A stretch of 45,076 nt of DNA. Source: a virus (lineage: Duplodnaviria; Caudoviricetes). The translations under genes and the position numbers were made by a program. The notes under the pieces were generated by a model that was given only the letters and a program-made list of their open reading frames with translations, was not told the origin of the DNA and ran no database searches. This document shows positions 38,680 to 45,076 of this stretch, piece after piece. The first letter of the stretch is position 1, and every line of letters starts with the position of its first letter. The DNA lies in the IMG/VR virus record IMGVR_UViG_3300033067_001629, positions 1-45,076 of that record; one strand, written 5' to 3'.

Positions 38680-38804
38680 CGCGTGGCCTCCGGTGGAATT
38701 TAGAATCCTGAACCGGCTTGATGTTGCCCACTAGAGGGTGGACTAAAGAAGCCGTTAGTTAAAACCGATGCGTTGTTGGCTTCTCACGACCAACAACACA
38801 CGAA

Positions 38805-38832
38805 AGAATAACAAATGTTTCGACCGCTGCAA
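38805..38832 (-). promoter_or_regulatory. Leftward sigma70-like promoter (PL-like)
   Basis: TTGCAG (38832-38827), 16 nt, TGnTATTCT (-10 at 38810-38805). Confidence 0.6.
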
Positions 38833-38842
38833 TAGCAGTTGA

Positions 38843-39064
38843 TCAATTTTTCTTTGAAAAGTTCGGATTGCCTTTTTGCACATGACAAAGTTGGTGGATT
38901 CTTTTCACTTCTGACTTAGTGAAAAGCCTTATCTTTGTTGGCCCAAACGGCGTTCCAATCTCATTCTCTTTAGCAATACGATTTATCGTTGCCTTGTGGA
39001 CGCCAAGTTCCACTGCGACATCGTAAGCAGATTTAAATTGTGAAAGGTCTTGCATTCTTATCAT
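38843..39064 (-). CDS. Small HTH DNA-binding protein (repressor/Cro/excisionase-like)
   Basis: SAYDVAVELGVHKATINRIA; RLFTKSEV wing-like motif; divergent from integrase. Confidence 0.8.
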   Translation of the reverse strand: MIRMQDLSQFKSAYDVAVELGVHKATINRIAKENEIGTPFGPTKIRLFTKSEVKRIHQLCHVQKGNPNFSKKN

Positions 39065-39070
39065 GCCTCA

Positions 39071-39099
39071 ATCATAGTCAAAAGTGCTGATCGCTGCAA
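39071..39099 (-). promoter_or_regulatory. Promoter for HTH gene (probably leaderless)
   Basis: TTGCAG (39099-39094), 17 nt, TATGAT (39076-39071); +1 predicted at ATG 39064. Confidence 0.6.
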
Positions 39100-39326
39100 T
39101 TACGACACAAAAAAACGACGACAGAAGTTGAGAAGCGGCTACTAACGGAAGCCACCGATTTGCGAGCAAATCCATCTGTCGTCGAATGGGCGAGGAATCA
39201 CTAGACACTTAACCAGCACAATCACTACAACCAAACCGTGCGTTTTTGCGCACATCCGCAATCCGTTGGACACTAAGCAAACGGCAACGTAGAGGATGGA
39301 ATCTCACTACTTTTAGGGGTCCATCT

Positions 39327-40232
39327 ATGAAACTCACCGAATTCTTTACAGTCCATTACCAGCCCAAGAGATTGCACGGAAAAAGCAAGAACACAGTCAG
39401 GTTGTATGAGGTTTGCTTTCGAAACATGGCGCGGACGCTTGGCCGTGATCCAACCCTGGCTGACCTAACGAACGAAAACATTTCAGCCCACATGCAACGT
39501 TTGCTGGATGAAGGCCGAAGCAAGGCAACAGCCAATAAAGAACGCTGCCAGCTCGTCGCCTTATGGCGTTATGCTTCACGAATTCGCATGATTGATGGCT
39601 GGCCGGATGTTCCGAAAGAGCAGGAGCCGGCGCGGGTGCCAATGGCCTGGACTCGCGAGGACATAGACAAGCTATTACAGGCTTGTGCGCGAACCGAAGG
39701 GACAATAAAGGACAGCAGCATCCCAAACTGGTTGTGGTGGACAACGTTGGTCCGCATCATGCTGGATACTGGCGAGCGAGTTGGCGCGGTCACGGCAGCC
39801 AGGTGGAGTTGGATCGAAAATGGATCGATTCTCATTCCTGCCGAAGCACGCAAGGGAGCCAAGCGAGATAAATGGTTTGCTTTGTCGCCGCAGACTATGA
39901 TTTACATTTCGCAGCTCCGTAAACTAACCGCGGGTGATCGGGTGTTTTATTGGCCCTACTGCTCAACTTATTTATGGAACCGATACCAACGAATTCTAGC
40001 TTCTGCTGATCTTCCAACTGGACGCAAGAGCAGCACGCACAGACTAAGGAAAACGCACGCTTCTGTTGGTTTTGCGGCTGGGCTCGATCCGCAGGAATTG
40101 TTAGACCACACGGATAGGAGGACTACCCAAAGATATTTAGACCCCAGATTCTCCCGAGAAATCCAACCATCCAAAATAATAGCCGACTGGTTGAGAAACC
40201 CGCCAAAGGTGGAGAAACGGAAGCAAGCCTGA
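39327..40232 (+). CDS. int: Tyrosine recombinase/integrase
   Basis: SAM-like N-domain; DTGER, HRLRKT, LDH...TTQRY catalytic residues; ATG 39327 with SD AGGGG. Confidence 0.9.
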   Translation: MKLTEFFTVHYQPKRLHGKSKNTVRLYEVCFRNMARTLGRDPTLADLTNENISAHMQRLLDEGRSKATANKERCQLVALWRYASRIRMIDGWPDVPKEQEPARVPMAWTREDIDKLLQACARTEGTIKDSSIPNWLWWTTLVRIMLDTGERVGAVTAARWSWIENGSILIPAEARKGAKRDKWFALSPQTMIYISQLRKLTAGDRVFYWPYCSTYLWNRYQRILASADLPTGRKSSTHRLRKTHASVGFAAGLDPQELLDHTDRRTTQRYLDPRFSREIQPSKIIADWLRNPPKVEKRKQA

Positions 40233-40241
40233 CAAATTTGG

Positions 40242-41072
40242 CTAATTCCAGTCAGTGATCAACGGCAAGAATCTTTGCTCGCGCCGAAGTTGATAAACCT
40301 CAAATGTGGTTTTGTGCTTGTCTCTGAATTCGTGATTAAGCAAGTTTTGATTGCATGAATCACATACAAGCCAAGTTTCGTGTACGCGATTGCGACCCTT
40401 GGAAAACCAGTGATCATAATGAGCATTGATGCGATTTTGACCAGCATCTAACACTATGGCATTCTGGCAGCATGGGCACTTACTACTGAAATACGTAGCC
40501 ACAGTTTCGATATGACAACGCTTGGTCGCAATGGTTAATTCCCTGCGTTTTTCTATTGCATCAATGCGGCTGTTTACCTCTTGAAAACCGCTGATCATTT
40601 CGGTTTTGACAGTTTCTACCTTGCTTTCGATAAGACCTATTTTGCTTTCGATTGGCTTTAGGCCAAGCTGAAGGCCTTCACGAATACCCCTTGCGATTTC
40701 GTAGCCTATGAGGTGATTGGATGGCAACTGCTGTACTGAGCGAAAGTAATGCTCAACCAGCGCGTCCTGCACTTTCCATGCAAGGTCATCACGAAAGGCT
40801 TTGACAAGCATGAGGTAGCCGGACTGAGTAAGCAAAATGCAATCGCGTCCACCGCCATGGTCTTTCAACTCCAATCGACGAAATTCGTCGGTTGGAATCT
40901 CAAAGAAATGTTTGCCTTCCTGCATTTTATCGCGGTGCTTGCGGAAATTGCGACCAGCGGTTCCGCTTGGCCTAGCGTGCAATTCATCAACCATAGAAAG
41001 AGTGACCACCCGTTCACCCAGGTAATCAACTCTGCGGAGACTTCCGATCGAAGCTACAATATCAGTGCTCAT
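40242..41072 (-). CDS. ORF6N-domain antirepressor-like protein fused to an HNH-like Zn domain
   Basis: YLGERVVTLSMVDELHARPSGTAGRNF...LLTQSGYLMLVKAFRDDLAWKVQ; C-terminal CPCC...HYDH...N...CDSCN. Confidence 0.85.
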   Translation of the reverse strand: MSTDIVASIGSLRRVDYLGERVVTLSMVDELHARPSGTAGRNFRKHRDKMQEGKHFFEIPTDEFRRLELKDHGGGRDCILLTQSGYLMLVKAFRDDLAWKVQDALVEHYFRSVQQLPSNHLIGYEIARGIREGLQLGLKPIESKIGLIESKVETVKTEMISGFQEVNSRIDAIEKRRELTIATKRCHIETVATYFSSKCPCCQNAIVLDAGQNRINAHYDHWFSKGRNRVHETWLVCDSCNQNLLNHEFRDKHKTTFEVYQLRREQRFLPLITDWN

Positions 41073-41205
41073 TCCATTTCCCTTGGTGTGAGACGGGCTA
41101 GCAGGGTGTCCGGCGTCTCACTTCCAAAACACCCCGCTAGCCGACTTTTTCAGGACAGCAAGCAATTTAGCTTGGTTTTTGTGGTATTACCCCCATCAAG
41201 AGAAA

Positions 41206-41550
41206 ATGGCAAAAATGAGCGAGTTGCCAAAACCAGTCCGCGCACGCCCGGTTGTTGCCGCACCTCCACCGCAAAAGCCTGCACAGCAGCCAAACCAACA
41301 GCCAGTTAAGAAGCCGGTCACGATCGAGACATTGGCCTATGAACTGAGAGAAATTCGGTTGTTTCTTGCTAGTCGCGCGGAATGTACGCGGCAAACTGGA
41401 CGTATTTGGATGGTGATAGGCGGTATAACAGGCTGCTCATTGTTTCTGGCATCCACATCACTCCTGGGTGCTCTTGGTTGTGTAGCCGGCTGGTTGTTGT
41501 TTATTGTTGGTGTCGGACTGCAAAGCACGGAACGTCAAACACTCGACTAA
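41206..41550 (+). CDS. Membrane protein, two TM helices (possible superinfection exclusion)
   Basis: Pro-rich N-terminus then two hydrophobic segments. Confidence 0.6.
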   Translation: MAKMSELPKPVRARPVVAAPPPQKPAQQPNQQPVKKPVTIETLAYELREIRLFLASRAECTRQTGRIWMVIGGITGCSLFLASTSLLGALGCVAGWLLFIVGVGLQSTERQTLD

Positions 41551-41559
41551 AAAACTATC

Positions 41560-41587
41560 TTGACTTAGCTACATCCCATGCTAAATT
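41560..41587 (+). promoter_or_regulatory. Sigma70-like promoter of primase gene
   Basis: TTGACT (41560-41565), 16 nt, TGcTAAATT (-10 at 41582-41587). Confidence 0.65.
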
Positions 41588-41592
41588 ACTCG

Positions 41593-41658
41593 CACCCCTG
41601 ACCTAGCCGCCCTGTTGCCGCTTTTCATCCATAAGGAAGGAAAGCGAGCAACATGGCT
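41593..41658 (+). promoter_or_regulatory. SD/AUG-sequestering hairpin with 5' toehold in primase leader
   Basis: 41605-41630 pairs with 41635-41658 (about 22 bp, AUAA loop). Confidence 0.7.
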
Positions 41659-44208
41659 CGATTTGATTTAGACCGGATAAAGCAACTATCCGTTGGACGT
41701 TGGCCCGAAATCTTGGGCCTTGGCGCTGATCTTGTAAACATGCGCCACCACCCTTGCCCAAAATGCGGTGGTAATGATCGCTTCAGAGCGTTAGACGATT
41801 TCCGCATTTCCGGTGCGGTTATCTGCAATCAATGCTTCAACAAGAGCAACGGGGATGGGATCGCAACCTATTCCTGGTTGCACAGTTGCACCACAGCCCA
41901 AGCAATTGAGCAGATCGCCGATAAGCTCGGTGTGGAGCCGATCAGCCAGGGTAAGAGTAAAAGCAAGTCAGGCAGCTCTACCCATCCGAAACGCTCAGCC
42001 GAAAGCCAGTTTTCACTTCGGCCGCTACCGGAATCTATCGCCGCGATCTTTGCAGCCAGGAAAGGTGGTATCCAGGCCGGAGCGCTTGAGTACCTTGGCG
42101 CCCATGTCGGCAACCACTTCGGCGCCAGTGTCATCGCTCTGCCAATCAGGAATGCGGCCGGTGCAACCATCGGGTTTACCGCGGCTAACGCAACCGGTGG
42201 AAAAATCACAATCAGCTATCCAGATAGTGAGAGTGAAACCACAAGCTGGAAAAATGTAATAGATTCCAAGCAAAAGGGGATCATTGCCACTCCCGGGCTG
42301 TTTAACGCAGCAACCCGGTCAAACATTACCAAAGTCTACAAAACAGAGGGGCCGAGCGATCTACTGGCCATTATTCCGTTTCTGCAGCCAGGTGAGGAAG
42401 CCTTTTGCAATCCGTGCGGCGCTGGCGAAAACCCGGTCAACTTCACCTGGTTGCTGGAATGGCTGGACGGCAAGACGGTGGTAGTTATCCACGACAGGGA
42501 CAAGGCCGGGGTGGATGGTGCAATTGGTGATCCGGCGCGAGCTCGTCTTGGCTGGGCTACATGGGCGGCACAGTCTGCCGGTGAAGTCAGGAATGTTGAA
42601 CTACCATTCCCCCTGGTTGATACGCATGGAGGGGATTTTCGGCAGTGGGTGATTGATGGTGGCGACAGGGAAAACCTCGAGGATTTGGTTCGATCATCTC
42701 AGGTAGTCGAGGAATCAACCGTTGCGATCGTGGAATCTGAAGACGATCCGCACCGGTTAGCTCGAGTCAATATGAGCAAGTACATGCGGGATCACAACAG
42801 GCGGCTGATTTACTGGCAATCAGAGTGGTACCGGTGGAAGGCAGGCAAATACATCAAAATTGAATCGGACGAATTAAAGGCGAAGGTGTCCAATGCGGTA
42901 AGGTCTGAATTTGAGTTGCTTTGGCCGTCCAAGCTCGAGAAGTACAACGAATGGAGAGCAAGCGAAAAATATGATCCGATGATCGACAAAGGGCCACCAC
43001 CAATTCAAAAGGTTACTAGGAATTTGGTTTCCAATGTGATTGGCGCCATGGAAGGCATGGCCGCAATACCCGGGTCAATCAGAATGCCATGCTGGTTGCC
43101 AGATCGATCCTCGAGACATTATGTGTCAATGGGCAACGGAATCCTTGACCTAGACAAGGTTTGCGATGGGAAGCCAATGGAGGAATTCTTGCTTCCACAT
43201 TCCCACGAATGGTTTTCTACTTTCCAACTTCAATACGACTACTCCAAAACGGCCCAGTGTCCAAAGTGGCTCGATTACGTTGATTACGTGATGAGCGGCG
43301 ACAGGGATAGGATCGCAATTCTTCAAGAGTGGGCCGGTTATCTACTGACTCCAACCAATGATTATCAAAAATTTCTTGTGCTCGAGGGCGAGGGACAGAA
43401 CGGGAAAACCGTTTACTTTGCAGCGATAAGGGCAATGTTGGGAGAGGAAAATATCTCGAATGTGCCGCTCGAGAATTTTGGCGGGCAGTTCGATTTGGAA
43501 TCAACGCTTGGCAAGGCGGCCAATATTTCTGGCGACACGGACGAGCTGGACCGGGTGTCGGAAGGTGCGCTAAAGAAGTTCACCGGTGGCGATACCATGC
43601 AGTTTGATCGAAAAAATATCAAACAGATATCAGCCAGGCCGACAGCAAAACTTATGTGTGCTTGGAATAAACGACCACACTTCCGAGATAGATCAAAGGG
43701 CCTTTGGCGCCGCATGGTGCTCATTCCGTTTGATCGTGTGATACCAGAGGAAAGACGAGTCCTGGGAATGGACAAGCCTGAATGGTGGCTCGAGAGTGGT
43801 GAGGTGCCCGGCATTTTGCGGTGGGCGATTATTGGTTTGGACCGGCTAAGGGAAAACAAACGGTTCACTGCTTCAGAAAAATCCAATGAAGAAATGACCG
43901 ATTACCAGAAGGAAACAAATCCAGCTCGAGAATTTTTGCTCGATCATATCGAATTCAGGCAGGATTCAGAAATAAATTGCAGCACTCTTTACCAGCTTTA
44001 CAGTATTTGGTGCGAGGAAAACGGACATAAAAAACCACTCGCAAACAACTCTTTCGGAAAAGAAGTCGCAAGATGCTTTCCAAATGTCACCAAAAAAAGA
44101 GAGGAATACAAAAACAACAACTCTCGACCGTGGCTTTACGATGGGCTTGGATTCACGGTTGACAGAATATGTGGGAGGGGCGTCTACCTTGGAGAAGAAA
44201 TAAATTAA
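41653..44208 (+). CDS. P4-alpha-like primase-helicase (Zn finger, TOPRIM, D5-like SF3 helicase)
   Basis: HHPCPKCGGNDRF...CNQC; TEGPSD, HDRD; GEGQNGKT; LKKFTGGD; GLWRRM; winged-helix C-terminus. Confidence 0.92.
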   Translation: MARFDLDRIKQLSVGRWPEILGLGADLVNMRHHPCPKCGGNDRFRALDDFRISGAVICNQCFNKSNGDGIATYSWLHSCTTAQAIEQIADKLGVEPISQGKSKSKSGSSTHPKRSAESQFSLRPLPESIAAIFAARKGGIQAGALEYLGAHVGNHFGASVIALPIRNAAGATIGFTAANATGGKITISYPDSESETTSWKNVIDSKQKGIIATPGLFNAATRSNITKVYKTEGPSDLLAIIPFLQPGEEAFCNPCGAGENPVNFTWLLEWLDGKTVVVIHDRDKAGVDGAIGDPARARLGWATWAAQSAGEVRNVELPFPLVDTHGGDFRQWVIDGGDRENLEDLVRSSQVVEESTVAIVESEDDPHRLARVNMSKYMRDHNRRLIYWQSEWYRWKAGKYIKIESDELKAKVSNAVRSEFELLWPSKLEKYNEWRASEKYDPMIDKGPPPIQKVTRNLVSNVIGAMEGMAAIPGSIRMPCWLPDRSSRHYVSMGNGILDLDKVCDGKPMEEFLLPHSHEWFSTFQLQYDYSKTAQCPKWLDYVDYVMSGDRDRIAILQEWAGYLLTPTNDYQKFLVLEGEGQNGKTVYFAAIRAMLGEENISNVPLENFGGQFDLESTLGKAANISGDTDELDRVSEGALKKFTGGDTMQFDRKNIKQISARPTAKLMCAWNKRPHFRDRSKGLWRRMVLIPFDRVIPEERRVLGMDKPEWWLESGEVPGILRWAIIGLDRLRENKRFTASEKSNEEMTDYQKETNPAREFLLDHIEFRQDSEINCSTLYQLYSIWCEENGHKKPLANNSFGKEVARCFPNVTKKREEYKNNNSRPWLYDGLGFTVDRICGRGVYLGEEIN

Positions 44209-44321
44209 AAAACAAAAACGAAAACGAAATGAAAATAAAAAATAAAAAATAAAACAAAATTAAAAAATAAAAAACTAAAAATCAAACTGAAAAAAATTTT
44301 TCAGCTCAAAAAACGCTCTGA

Positions 44322-44530
44322 TTGTCCAAGTTGTCCTAGTTTTTGTCCAAGTTCTGTCCAAGTTGGAAAGTGCGTTTCACCTTTGTTTTTGTTGGTTTGT
44401 CCAAGTTGTCCTAGTTATTTCTTTATTTTATTAAAAATAGTAGTAGTAAATATATATAGGTAAGGCAAAGGCACAGGCAGAGTAATAGTGGGAATAGCAA
44501 AAACTAGGACAACTAGGACAACCTGGACAA
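44322..44530. repeat. Iteron array, putative replication origin
   Basis: (T/C)TGTCC(A/T)AG x6 at 44322, 44331, 44343, 44354, 44397, 44406; three inverted copies at 44504, 44513, 44522; AT-rich core 44415-44460; right after primase. Confidence 0.8.
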
Positions 44531-45076
44531 TGCCGCGATGGAAATAAAAAATGGTTTTGCATTCCGATGTAAAAAATGGTTTGGAAAAAATTTTTTCTCA
44601 GCCACCCGATGACGAAAAAATAATTTCGAAAAATCAACTCGAAAAAATTTTTTGTCAATCACACCCAACCGCACGCCAGTGGCGACCACTAGGCCAACTA
44701 GCATCACCCTGGCTGTGTGAAATTTGCTCGCCTCCACCGAATGCAAAAATGGTGGGGAGCTGGTCAGGTGATCCATCCCTGGCTGACACTCGCGCTAGCG
44801 AACATGAGCACCAGGGAGCGGGATCATCGTTGGTCACTACACGAAGTCATGCCGACAGACAGCCGACCTACCAACCATCACCACCCATCACCATCAACTA
44901 CGAACAGCCAGCCTGCCCCACATGCCATTGCTCTTGGATCGTGGAGGTTGACCTACCAACATCACTCGCGTTACGATGTTGGTCATGCAAGCGTGATCTC
45001 ACAACCGACGACCTAGCACGCGAGCTATCTACACCGAAGCCTCCACGGACAATCAACCAACATCGACAATGGGCCG

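Larger units (their letters stand above)
1..45076. mobile_element. Temperate lambda-like siphophage genome (apparently near-complete)
   Basis: Packaging, head, tail, recombination, integrase and primase modules are all present; no bacterial housekeeping genes; both ends are AT-tract-rich non-coding DNA. Confidence 0.92.

Noticed and set aside
39186-39206. TGGGCGAGGA as a tRNA-derived attP core
   Set aside because: Only about 10 nt resemble a reverse tRNA 3' end and the T-loop complement (TCGAACC) is absent; cannot be supported without a host genome
44322-44530. Iterons as a mini-CRISPR
   Set aside because: 9-bp units, irregular spacing and inverted copies fit an origin
44431-45016. Short ORFs in the terminal region
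   Set aside because: Low complexity, no SD or motifs, and they overlap the origin and A-tracts
1-45076. Stop-codon reassignment, tRNA genes, terminal repeats, CGATCG bias
   Set aside because: Genes are intact under code 11 and use all three stops; no cloverleaf or end repeat seen; CGATCG looks frequent but was not counted and may be host-wide bias

Overview
The window looks like an essentially complete ~45 kb temperate, lambda-like siphophage genome. No host genes, tRNA or rRNA are visible. A Planctomycete host is likely, but this is inferred from protein motifs only. Plus strand, 118-28061: an HTH/Zn gene; an atypical candidate lysis cassette (secreted proteins, papain-like C1 peptidase, PAS protein); tail fibre/tailspike genes placed before the terminase; TerS/TerL (GpA type); portal; a protease-capsid fusion; head-tail and tail genes, including a probable -1 frameshift chaperone and the tape measure. 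Minus strand, 28033-39064: an early operon with ERCC4 nuclease, RecD2-like helicase, SSB-like protein, ERF, HNH-AP2, exonuclease, a pentapeptide-repeat protein and an HTH. Then come a tyrosine integrase, an ORF6N-HNH antirepressor-like gene, a P4-alpha-like primase-helicase and an iteron origin. The most unusual signals are non-coding. (1) The primase leader forms a ~22-bp hairpin burying its SD and AUG behind a free 5' toehold, and an intergenic stretch of the opposite-strand early operon (38355-38388) is complementary to that toehold and arm, resembling a natural toehold switch within a wider network of complementary RNA boxes. (2) The motif CCTGGCTG, nearly always preceded by a G-free tract, occurs at least 37 times on both strands. 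(3) One ~75-aa module is inserted four times into virion proteins, once nested inside itself. All function calls come from motif reading by eye; no searches were run.
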